DNA from: Tubulanus polymorphus
Taxonomy: Eukaryota; Animalia; Nemertea
Direction of reading: 5' to 3'
DNA length: 64,000 nucleotides
Assembly: GCF_964204645.1 (NCBI RefSeq)
Contig: NC_134030.1
Coordinates: 11,181,947-11,245,946 of the forward strand
In this document: one piece after another, positions 52,400 to 64,000 of the stretch
How the letters are laid out: the number at the start of each line of letters is the position of its first letter
How positions within the stretch are numbered: position 1 is the stretch's first letter
Translations under genes and position numbers: made by a program
Notes under the pieces: model-generated
What the model saw: the letters and a program-made list of their open reading frames with translations, nothing else
Told to the model about the DNA's origin: nothing
Database searches by the model: none

Positions 52400-55233
52400 A
52401 CTGGAGAAATTAACTTGTTTAATGACTAATGCCGATCAATTGCCTAATAAAATAGACGAACTGGAGCTTATGGTAAATCAGTACTCGCCTCACATAATTG
52501 GGATCAGTGAAGTGAAGGCTAAAAACCCGAGAAGTACTACACGAAACAAGCCACCAAATATCAGGGGCTATGACTGTTTCAGCAATCTCGAGTCAGAGGC
52601 AGATAGCAGGGGAATATGCCTGTACATAAAAAGTGTGCTTTCCCCAGTACCCTTTCAGCTGAAGACAAAGTTCTCCGAAAATGTTTGGGCTTCGGTTAAC
52701 CTAGAAAATGACAGAAAACTACATGTAGGATGTATATATAGGAGCCCAAACTCAAACGACGAAAATAACAATAAACTTCTGAAAATGCTAGATGAAATTT
52801 CACAACAAAATGCAGAAATGGTATTTTCGGAGACTTCAACTATGGTGAAATTGAATGGGGAACACCTGAATGTAGCAAACCACCAGGACACCGTGCCTCA
52901 AAATTCCTGAATGCTACTCAGGATGCTTTCCTAACTCAACATCAGCTCGAACCATCTCGTTTCCGCGAAAACAACCAACCTAGCAATTTGGATCTTATCT
53001 TCACGAACAGAGAAGGAAAGATATCCTCGATAGAACACACTTCTGGTCTTGGAAAGAGTGACCACAACATTATAACATTTGATTATAATTCATCAGTCTC
53101 CTACACAAGAAATATCCAGGATAAGGTGCAATACTCCAAAGGTGATTATGATAAACTACGACGATTAACTCAGCGAAACTGGGCTGATGAAATGAAAAAT
53201 ATGAGTGTCGAGGAAAGTTGGGAGCACTTCAAATCAATAATAAAAGAGGCAGGGGAAAAGTCTATTCCTACTTCAAAATATAGTGGCGAAAGCAAACCTA
53301 GGCCACTCTGGATGACCCCGGATACTTTGAAATCAGTGAAAGAAAAGAAGAAGTCAAGGAGGAAATATTTAAAAACGAAATGTGACCAAGATTATGCTCA
53401 ATATAACACCGTCAGAAATAAAACCAGAAGAGATCTAAGGAACGCTAAGAGGAACTTGGAAAAGAACATAGCCGAAACAGCCAAAACTAATCCAAAGGCT
53501 TTTTGGCAATATGCAAATAGTAAACTAACAAATAAGCAAGATATACCGCCTCTATACACATCCTTAGACCAAAACACCCTTACTGATTCCGATGACATAA
53601 AAGCGGAAGTTTTTGCCGACTATTTCGCATCCGTATTCGTTAACGAAGACTTGCGGAATATTCCTGTTTTACATGATGTGCCAGAGCGCCCAAAACTAGA
53701 AAATATAGAAATCAAAGAAGACAAAGTTTTAAAATTATTAGAGAAAATCAAGGTCAACAAATCTCCAGGTCCAGATCGACTCCACCCCAGAGTACTCTTT
53801 GAAGCTAGAGAAAACCTTTATATACCTCTTACAGCCATTTTCAACAAGTCGTTACTAAGTGGTGAAATACCAAAAGACTGGAAACTCGGGTGTGTTACCC
53901 CGTTGTTCAAAAAGGGAGATAAACATAAAGTTGAAAATTACAGACCCGTAAGTTTAACTTCCCTCGCATCCAAGCTTATGGAGACGCTAATTAGAGACGC
54001 TGTGACGAAACATCTGGAAGAAAATGAATTGTTATCGAACGACCAACATGGATTCAGGTCGGGAAGGTCTACCACCACAAATCTGTTAGATTCACTTGAC
54101 GATTGGACTGAAGCACTGGATAATGGATATGCAATCGATTGTATATACCTTGATTTTCAAAAAGCATTCGATACAGTGGCCCACCATAGATTAAACTTAA
54201 AGATAAAGCACATTGGTATAACAGGCATCATCGGTCGATGGATTGAAAATTTTCTTAAAGACAGAAAACAATGCGTTCGGGTAAATAACAGATGTTCATC
54301 GTGGAGAGAGATCAAAAGTGGTGTACCGCAAGGTAGTGTATTGGGACCTACACTATTCACAATATACATAAACGACCTTCCAGGGGTAAGAAGTGTCCCT
54401 ACAAAGCTCTTTGCTGACGACACGAAGTTGTATAACATCATCAGATCAAGAAACGATTGTGAAAAACTGCAGGAAAGTGTTCTAAACGTAACAAATTGGT
54501 CGAACACATGGGACCTAAGTTCCACCCAGAAAAGGCAAGCAGGCTCAGAATTGGACCCGAAACGAATCCTTTCAACTACAGCTTGAGTGGTGTACCTATA
54601 AAAAGAAGTACCGCCGAAAAAGACCTCGGAGTGATTATAGATGATAAAATTAACTTTAAAACCCATATAACCGATTCTGCTAACAAAGCTAACAGAGTAC
54701 TCTACACGATAAAAAGAACGATGCACTTCCAAGACACTCGTGCTTTTCTGCTACTGTATAAATCACTAGTGCGTCCTATACTAGAATACGGAGTGTGTGT
54801 TTGGGCACCAAACTCTATCGCCGAGATTGACAAACTCGAAAGTATCCAGAGGAGAGCTACGAAGATGATTAGAAATATTAGACATCTTCCATATGAACAA
54901 CGATTACAAGTACTAAATCTCCCCAGCCTATCTTATAGAAGACTGCGTGGAGATATGATCGAAACCTACAAGTATCTCCATAAAATAAATCGCGCAAGCT
55001 CCATCGTCCATCTAGACCCTAGACCAAGAGAAACACGAGGGCACTCTCTTAAACTGGAGAAACGTAGAAGCAAAAAATCTATACGAGCGAACTTCTTCAG
55101 CAATCGAATAGTGAATATCTGGAATTCTCTACCTGATGATGTTGTATCATGCGAATCACTAGACCTATTCAAGAAAAAACTCGACAAGCAATGGACAAAT
55201 TACGAACTGAAATTTAATTATAAAGCAAAATGA
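52400..55233 (+). pseudogene. LINE ORF2: APE endonuclease plus reverse transcriptase, frameshifts near 52820 and 54520
   Basis: TNADQL, ISEVK, IYRSP, SDH; NYRPVSLTS, QHGF, DFQKAFD, GVPQGSVLGP, FADD; CR1-type C-terminus RGHSLKL..FFSNR..WNSLP. Confidence 0.93.
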
Positions 55234-55447
55234 ACTGAAACTAGTCTATCCCCTTTTAGCAGCGCACTACGACGCAGATAACGGACTATGTACAGCTAAC
55301 CAGTGCAAGATCGCAGAGCGGTCACTCACTTATATGCTGATACTGATACTGATAAATATTGTTGAAACATGTCGACTCGGCCGTAAAATCAACCTGCTAT
55401 TAACAGACCCGATTGAGGGATAATGTCGGACATTAGAGAACATAATG

Positions 55448-55998
55448 CCCCCGAAAAAAAGCTCCCGGGAAAAAATGTCCCGGAAAATATGTCCCCGGAA
55501 AAAATGTCACAGGAAAAAATGTCCCCGGAGAAAAATGTCCCATAAGGTAGAAAAAATGTCTCAGTCTATCATTACTAATTTAGTAAATTTCACGTTAAAA
55601 TAACACCAGAGAACAAACTTGTTAATTGTCTAAATTGCAAACTAACCATAAAAAAGAGTTCATTGAGTGACCATCGAAATTATTGGCCTAGAATTTTGGC
55701 ATTAATTAATTTTACCTATTGAGAACATGTGAACTCATTACATGATACTTCAAATTTAAGGAGATGTTACATTTATAATACAAATAATTATATCAAAGTA
55801 GAGCCATTTTGTAATCAAATGTTAAAATTGTTATTAAAATGTATTACCTAGTTTGTTCTCTGGTGTTATTATGATGTGAAATTAGCTACATTACCAAGTT
55901 AGTAATGATAGACTGGGACATTTTTCCCGGGGACTTTTTTTCCCTGGGACATTTTTTTCCGGGGAAATATTTTCCCGGGACATTTTTACCGTATACCC
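55448..55998. mobile_element. MITE, inverted relative of 7458-8127
   Basis: AAAAATGTCCC repeats; ends CATTTTTACCGTATACC; internal sequence homologous to the first copy. Confidence 0.8.
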
Positions 55999-58212
55999 TA
56001 GTTTATACGTCCATGGTGTAACTTAGAATAATGGTCTTGGCAATGCACGGAAATGGACTGAAATGAACAATTTACTTTGTTTTGCTCATTTAACTACTTG
56101 TAATGGTTAGCGGTAAAAATCCCCTGAATTAAAATCCCCTTGGTTAAAATCCCCTTGTAATCAATTCACTAGAACTATGGTCGATCCTAACAATGAGTCT
56201 GACCTGCTATTTTAAACTGCAGTTCACAAAGAACTCTTTCTGAAAATTATATTGCTAAGATATTCCTAGTCTTCATCCTTCAGCATGAACTCTAGATTTT
56301 GGGCCTGGATATATTTCGGATTCATTAAATGATATCATGGGTGTGGGTCGTGTGGGATGTTTGGGCGGAGGTATCATGCCCCGGTTTCACGTGTAAAACA
56401 AACAGAAAGAAAATATATGCATACATGTGTCATTGTATTATATAAATTAAGCTGTTGACTAGTTTTAATAAACCCCTATAGATGAACAATTCTTTTACCT
56501 AGGGGATTTTTACGGTTGTAGGTAAAAATCCCCTGGGTAAAAATCCCCTAGGTAAAAATCCCGAAAATCCCCCAGGTAAAAATCCCCTAGGTAAAAATCC
56601 CCGATTATTCAAAGTAGGTAAAAATCCCCCACCTTTTGAATGGAGTCCAAATTAGATACAATTTTAAGGTCAATTTATTCGTATTAATATATTCTATTTA
56701 TTATTTACATTATAATTGCGTTACATAGAAATATCATGTATAGAAGTTATCGCATTTGAATGAAAACTACAAAATTAGAAGTTAATTAATTCACAAAATC
56801 GCATCACATTAAAAATTACAAATTGGTAGTTCATTAATACTGTATCGCACAAAATATAAGTTAAAAAGAAAAAAATCGCACAGTTCAAACATATTTAGGG
56901 TTTTCTGTTTCTTCACAGAAAACCCTATTGAAATTCGCGTGATTATTATTATTTTTTTTTCCCTTTTCCACATAGTTTTTGTTAAAAGTGTAAAGGCTTC
57001 CTTACCTTACCGCTGTCGCCGATACAATCCGTATGATGTCCTTCAGCTCACTTCAATCTCCAGATACTGCATGGGAATTTTGATAAATCCACGTTATAAA
57101 GGCACTGTCGAGCCGTAAACATCAGAAATTTGGCTCCATTCAATTAGTAGCCATGTTGAGTTTTCTTACCGATATTTCTCTCTTCTTTTCGAGGAAGAGC
57201 TATCGAATAATTCCCTCTCTTCTCCACAATCAATTTCAAAGTCAATTTTATGAATTTATTGCTCAGCGGGTCCGAGTCCAAGAGTTTACGAGTCCGGCGT
57301 TCGCGTGTCTGACAGGTTTACGGGCATTTGTTTGTTACCTCTTTAATATTTTTGATTTCTTGTTATTCCGGTTATTTTATTTAAGTATATTGCTGATCAG
57401 TTCATGTAACCAAAAGCGTCAATAAACAGACTTTGAATTGATCAAGTTTAAATCAAGGTCGTTTGAGTCGCGGAAGGCTACTAGAATTACGTTCGTCTTC
57501 GTCTCAGTCAGGCATCAGACCACAATTAGGTTAGTAGCTCGAAGATGCGTAGGGCCGGACCCCAAAAATGGTACCTAGAGTGAAGAAAAGGTCCCCTATA
57601 AATGTTGCCATAATTTCTGCAAATGGGATAGGTAACGAATTTCGGTTATATGTATGAAATCCATTGATCCTGAGAGACAGCTTGATGATGAAATAAGGGA
57701 TTCCCTGGACTTTTTTTGCTTGGAGTAAGGGTACCAAACACGGTGGGGGATTCCCTTAGATATTTGGCTCGGATGTACTGGCATACCTGTACTGGGATAC
57801 CCCTCCTTTCTAAAGGTTTGATTATTTCAAAAGTTAGGTTGGGTATGTGGGGCGAAAACCACTTCAATGCGTAGCTAAGATGCTGGCCTATGAGCCATAA
57901 GCAGGATTTCCCCTGAATTTACGCGCTTATATATGAACTAAACTCTCGAATTTCTTGTTTTTACTATAGGATATAGAAGATTTTGGAATAGTGGTCTGAG
58001 CTCAGAGAGAAAACAAACGACAGAAAAGTATCAGGTGATTATCGATAGCCTACAACGGTACACACAGTTGACAAACAGTGGTAGGCCTGTGCCGGTTGGT
58101 GCGTACTGGGACTAAATATACTGGTTGGTCAGTTGGTTCGGTTGTGAAGTGTGGAAGCTAAGATTATAAGAAAGCCTACCGGTATTTATTTGTCTATAGG
58201 CCTATTATATAG

Positions 58213-58800
58213 AAGCCAATACCATTTTAAGTACGTAGTTGTTAACCGCACGTGACTGTACGGTGATCTCCACAGGTTAACCGCGTACGTGAGGTCCCTA
58301 CTAAGTATATAATGCCATACGTGAGTTCCTAGTAGCCAATACCATTTTAAGTACGAAATTGTAACGCGTACGTGACTGTACGGTGATATCCACAGGTTAA
58401 CCGTACGTGAGTTCCCTACTTACGCCGTACGTGAGTTCCTAGTAGCCAATACCATTTTAAGTACGAAATTGTAACGCGTACGTGACTGTACGGTGATATC
58501 CACAGGTTAACCGTACGTGAGTTCCCTAAAAACGCTGTACGTGAGTTCCTATAATCTGCAAACGCGCATGCGTAAAAGAATAGAGTTTGGGTTAGGTGAG
58601 GCTAGGCTATTTGTAAATCAAATTTCATCGACCACCAGTTACGTTCTGTGGCACAGTGGGTAAATCACTGGACTACTACTGGATTTTTTTTTCGTTTGGT
58701 TTCGAATCCCAATATTGCAAGTCTGACCGTCAACGTACTCACATATGGCTAACCTGTAGAAATCACCGTACAGTCACGTACAGGTAACAACAGCGTTTTA
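58213..58800. repeat. Tandem ~110-120-bp units with an inverted copy, enclosing a tRNA-like A/B-box fragment (58645-58712)
   Basis: CGTGACTGTACGGTGAT(A/C)TCCACAGGTTAACC x3 and its reverse complement at about 58735-58782; TGGCACAGTGG..GTTTCGAATCC. Confidence 0.65.
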
Positions 58801-59842
58801 AGTATTAAGTGAGTACGACAAGCCTACCATGCCTATGTACTACAAACACAACTTTTTCCCTCTCGTCGGCCCTACAGTGATGTTACTATAACTGGTGCCA
58901 TTATAATATGGATAGGATTTGGTCAGGACTAGCCTAAAGTCTAATTCAGTTTATGTACTAATTCACTCCATAGGCCTATTTTTAAAACAATACAGTGAAA
59001 TATTCACACGCAGAAAGGCTAATTGATTTGAGCCATGTGATTAAGTTTGGCCAGGCCTTCTCTGACCTGCTGACATTAATAGTCAAACCAAAACGTTCAT
59101 GTGGTCACGGCTTGTATTACCAGAAATCATTGTAGGCCTGTACATTTTGCTGTTGGTAGGTACGGTATACCGATTTCTCCATTCTTGACTGATAAGTGTA
59201 CGGTACAGCTGTACGCATTATATAATTGTTCCAATGGGAATAGGGCCTATTGATTGGGCTTATTATTTCCTGCTTTAGAGTACTGAAATAAACCTAATGT
59301 TCATTCAAATATCCAACATCGGTGAAAGTTTGATTAATACTGTATACATGTACTGTAGGTTTTCATGTTGTATGAATATTTTGCAGTTCAAATGGGTATG
59401 ATGCTGATTCCAATGTCAAACGCATGAAGTTAGATGGTCAAGGACAGTCAACACCAAGATATCTCTGTTCGACCGATGTTGTACCATAGAAGATCTGATT
59501 CTTACAACTCAAGGAAAGTGATTCAACACGATCGACATAACACTGGAATAGGTTTGCAGTAACTAACCGTTCATTTCATTTAGTCCTATGTACTTTTTAG
59601 CCAATTTGGATTTGATTGTAATTGAAACTCTGGAACTGTTAACAAAAGACAACAAGTAAGACAAGTTGAAAAAACACAAGTTATGCTTGATTCTCATGTT
59701 CAAATTTAATTCAAATTTATTTTATTACATCATATTTACAAAGCATATCATTGGTTCATACAGTAATAAAAATTAGGGCAGAACAAATATTATTACAGAA
59801 ACTCCAAAAAGGCAATGAATTTCTATGACTAAATGAACATTA

Positions 59843-60402
59843 TTTTTAGCCCACTTGGGACTTTAGTCCCAGCGGGCTATTGCGTTCACTTTTCGTCCGT
59901 CGTCCGTCCGTAGACGGAAATCAGTTATTTTAGGAAATTTTGAAGACGCTTCAATGTAATGTCTTGATATTTGGGTTTCACATGTATCTACCCTAGACAC
60001 ATCTTCAGCTCAAAAACTGGCCCTGTCAGAATCAAGATGGCCGACTGGCAGCCATTGTTGTTCGCCAAAATCAACACTTTTTACACATTTTTGAACTTGT
60101 TGAGGGAAATTTTGAAGATGCTTTGATCAATTACCTTGATCTTTCGGATATATGTGAATGCCCCTGGGCCCATCAGCATAACAAAAATTGGGATACGGAC
60201 TCAAGATGGCCGTCCTATGACCTTTTTTAGTGCCCAAAAATGTCAATTTTGGCCCGAATTCTGAGTTTGCCATTTCTCATTGCAATTTGTGATGGGTATT
60301 CTTTGAAAAGGGATGTTTTATACCTTTGATACCTGAATTGTTAGATTGTTGAGCATTTGGAACCACTTCCCAAGTGGGCATGGTGTCCCTGGACCCCTAG
60401 TT
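59843..60402 (+). mobile_element. Short HINE copy lacking central repeats, opposite orientation
   Basis: TTTTTAGCCCACTTGGGACTTTAGTCCCAGCGGGCTA start, (GTCC)n, ends CCCTGGACCCCTAGTT. Confidence 0.85.
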
Positions 60403-61096
60403 CTAATAACTCAGATCAAGAGTGACTCTCCCGTTTAATAGGAAACACACGCAGCTAGTGGAATAGGTTTGATTTACACACATGTTGCAGGTATCAATTG
60501 TTTATCACTGTAGAATTTGTAATCCATAAAAGCCAAAATAAACATCAGCCGGAAACCCAGACAAAATCAATTCATAATTTATTGATTGAATCTACACTAC
60601 GATATATGTATTTATTCAAATATTTCAATAAAAACATTAACTTCTTAAATCTTATCTATTCTAAATCATAATACGTTCTTATCTGTGAATTCACTCAATC
60701 TATCGGCTCAGCAGGTGCTTAAGATGAGTTCTTAATAGGACAGATCCATTTTTAAGGATGGTGATAATACAGTATCATGATGTTTGAATGCCAAAATAAG
60801 TGCCTGGTCAAATATATTAATATTTGCGATTGTACGTCCACGTATGTTCGGTTTCAAAGCTGAATCATATTTGACGTTTACACAGTGGTTGCATATTAGG
60901 TTCGAATCTGTCAATGCATTTTATTTTATGTATCGATATTTCAATTTACTAATTCCCATCATTCTGAATGGCTTTACAGAAAACCCGTCATCGCTGCTTT
61001 GCAGCTATATTATGATTTTAATTTTCAAAAAGCATTCTAAATTAAAAGTTTATTTATATCGCACAGCTTAAATAATATATCACAAGTTAAAAATGG

Positions 61097-61588
61097 CTCA
61101 TCAAATAGGTAAAAGATATTACATTTTGAAGTTTAAAAAGTATCTTAGATTTTGTTTCTTTTTAAATACCCAAGACAGAACAAATTAATACCAACTAATT
61201 ACTCATTGATATTGAGTAGCTTGTCACTCATTAATTGAGTAAGTTAGCTTGTCACTCATTAATTGAGTAAGTTAGCTTGTCACTCATTAATTGAGTAAGT
61301 TAGCTAAGCAGATTGTCACTCATTAATTGAGTAAGTTAGCTTGTCACTTATTAATTGAGTAAGTTAGCTAAGCAGATTGTCACTCATTAATTGAGTAAGT
61401 TTGCTAATCAGATTGCCACTCATTAATTGAGTAAGTTAGCTTGTCACCCATTAATTGAGTAAGTTAGCTAAGCAATTATTCATAATAAATAGTGTAACTA
61501 TGCAAGCAGGTGAGCTAACTTACTCAATTAATGAGTGACAATACTTTTTAAACTTCAAAAATGTAATATCTTTTACCTATTTGATGAG
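61097..61588. repeat. Foldback element with ~48-bp TIRs enclosing a 28/37-bp minisatellite (TTGTCACTCATTAATTGAGTAAGTTAGC)
   Basis: CTCATCAAATAGGTAAAAGATATTACATTTT matches AAAATGTAATATCTTTTACCTATTTGATGAG; about 8 tandem units plus one inverted unit. Confidence 0.85.
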
Positions 61589-61941
61589 AATTAAAAGCAT
61601 GATATGTTTGAACTGTGCGATGACCTCTTTTTTTTCTTTTTAACTTATACATTTATTTTCTGCGATACAGTATAAATGAACTACCAATTTGTATTTTTTG
61701 TGATTTATTATGTGATGCGATTTTGTAAATTAATTAACTTCTAATTTTATATTTTTCATTCAAATATGATAGCTTCTATATTCATGATATTTCTATTTAA
61801 CGCAATTATAATGTAACTAAATAGAAGATATTAATACGAATAAATTGACCTTAAAATTGTATCTAATCTGGACTCCATTCAAAAGGTGGGGGATTTTTAC
61901 CTACTTTTAATAATAACGGAAATAATAATAACGCGGAACGA

Positions 61942-64000
61942 TTGAAACTCTGTTTCTTAAATATTAAAGGATTATTCAGTCGGAAAGCTGGTACACGGAC
62001 ATGTAAACTGGACCTTCCGGAAATCCAGGCTTTATTAGACGTGAATGATATAATCGCATTCGAGGAAACCTGGAACGCTAAAGACACCGTATTTTCAGTA
62101 CCCAGTGGATATACGTTTTTTTCAAAGTACGAGAATGAAAAATCCTCGCGCGCGTCGAAATTCTGGCGGATTGTTGCTACTTTTTAAATCCGAATTACGG
62201 CAGGGTATTGAATTATTAGAAAATAACCATCCTGATATTTTATGGGTGAAATTATCAAAGAATTCTTTAATTTTGAAAGAGATATGTTTATTTGTTTAGT
62301 GTATGTAGCTTGTGATAATCGTAGCACGGATGACTTCTTTCATGATCTGAGTTGTCAGATACTTGCTCATCAACTTGATGGCAATGTATTGGTGGCTGGT
62401 GACATAAATGCACGGACCAATGTATACTCGGGTCTCCCTCCCGATCCGGATGCTATTAATATGCAATTCCTTGAGTTCGAACATGGGGTACGAAAATTAC
62501 TTGAAGACCATGATATTGACACAACTAGATCATCTCAAGATAATACTGTTAGACCAGATATTAGAGGCATGAATATGATAAACATGTGCATAGGTTGTAA
62601 TTTGTTAATACTAAACGGTAGGGCATTTCAGGATAAATCGGTTGGAAAGTTTACGTGTCATCAACCAGGTGGCAAAAGTGTGGTCGATTATGTATTAGCC
62701 GATTTTAACATGATTGATATACTGTCTGACTTCCACGTGTCTGACGAATTACCTTTCTCTGACCACGCGATAATTTCTTTTAGTTTGCAGGCTAGGATTG
62801 ATAAACACGATAATACCGCAAATACAAATTTTACGTCCCATAACAAAACTACTTGTCACAAATTCAAATGGCGTAAAGAAAGGGAAGTTGAATTTGCTCA
62901 GTATATGCATTCAGACGATACCCAATCTTACCTCAACGATATTATAAACAATGCAATTAATAGAGAACATAATGAGTTTTCAATTAACGAATTGGTTAAC
63001 GATTTTTCAAAATTCTTCCAGACTGCGGTCGAAAAAGTTCATGGTTCATTTCAAAATTCGAGGAACATGAATAACAATAGGCCTATATCATGGTATGACG
63101 GCCCGTGCAGAAAAGCACGAAACGTGTTCAGCCGGGCAGTGCACCGACACAGATTATACCCGAATGATTTAAACCGATTTCTGGTCAAAGAAGCACGGGA
63201 TAAATACAAGTCCACTTTAAATAGTGCTGAAGCATTGTATGATGAACGTATGCTGGATGACCTGCTGAAAGCGCTAGATTCAAATAACCACAGAGATCTA
63301 TGGTCCAAATTTAAAGAGCACAATGAATACGTTGATACTCAACTAAGCACTGATAACTTATATGAGCATTTTAAAAGTATCTCGTATGAAGATCGCCCTC
63401 CACTGGATGTTGATATCGACGTATCTGATCACATACTTGATCAGCAAATCACATTGGAGGAGGTTAATAGAGCATTTAAAATGCCAAAAAGAAATAAATC
63501 TGCAGGAATAGATGGTATAAAAGGCGAGGTATTTATCGCTGGTGGCAACCCAATTGTTACTCAACTTACTATTCTTTTTAATATTATATTAGATAGTGGA
63601 CGCTATCCCGAATCATGGAGCACTGGCTATATTGTTCCACTACACAAGGGTGGTTCAAACAATTCAGCAAATAATTACAGGGGCATAACCATCTTGTCGG
63701 TATTTGGCAAACTCTTCTAAATAATTTTGAATACTAGATTAACTTCATGGTGTGAGGCATACTCTGTTCTATCGGAGGCGCAAGCTGGCTTTAGGCCAAC
63801 TTATAGTACAACGGACCAAATATTTGTATTGAATTCGGTTATAAATCACCTGTTAAACAAGAATTGCAAACTATACGCGGCCTTCATTGATTTTTCGAAG
63901 GCGTTTGATTTGGTTGACCGCTCGTTATTACTACAACAACTCTCTATGAGTGGGATCTCGGGTAAAATATTATGTATTATCAAATCTATGTATATGTCCA
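61942..64000 (+). pseudogene. LINE ORF2 (APE plus start of RT), RTE-X-like, disrupted, runs off the window end
   Basis: LNIKGL, FEETW, AGDINAR, SVVDY, SDH; GIDGI..E, NYRGITILS, then past the stop at 63718 QAGFR..STTDQIFVL..FIDFSKAFD; frameshifts near 62150 and 62270. Confidence 0.9.

Larger units (their letters stand above)
50290..55353 (+). mobile_element. Near full-length CR1-clade LINE; 5' boundary approximate
   Basis: ORF1 and ORF2 followed by a short 3' UTR and a (CTGATA)n tail at 55336-55353. Confidence 0.9.
56107..61912. mobile_element. Composite long-TIR (foldback/MULE-like) element with nested insertions
   Basis: ~290-bp inverted repeats at 56605-56893 and 61602-61912; GGTAAAAATCCCC subterminal repeats at 56107-56630. 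Confidence 0.7.

Noticed and set aside
51061-55187. Minus-strand ORFs over the CR1 element (and likewise over the GPCR and YR ORFs)
   Set aside because: Antisense shadows of real coding frames
58645-58712. tRNA gene
   Set aside because: A and B boxes only, no cloverleaf; SINE-like remnant

Overview
AT-rich, intron-containing animal genomic DNA, probably a marine invertebrate (lophotrochozoan-like). The window is dominated by one + strand gene of about 35 exons (4640-37619, about 2,550 aa, 5' end not found). It encodes a GRL101-like type C LGR GPCR with an unusually long mosaic ectodomain: kringle, MAM, C-type lectin, kringle, C-type lectin, an unassigned domain, F-type-lectin-like x2, FA58C, CUB x2, C-type lectin, LDLa x7 and LRR. 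This is followed by a rhodopsin-class 7TM and a cytoplasmic tail resembling a non-catalytic kinase C-lobe. The rest is transposon-rich: a decayed IS3EU-type DDE transposase and a related MITE with a 6-bp TSD; a frameshifted Ngaro/DIRS-type retrotransposon inside an intron (SGNH ORF upstream of gag, two arrays of co-varying hairpins); Helentron-type (HINE) elements with head-to-tail arrays and 82-bp palindromes; a near full-length CR1 LINE; an RTE-X-like LINE running off the right end; and many foldback elements and satellites. All exon boundaries and domain calls were made by eye from GT/AG sites, reading phase and motifs. No database searches were run.
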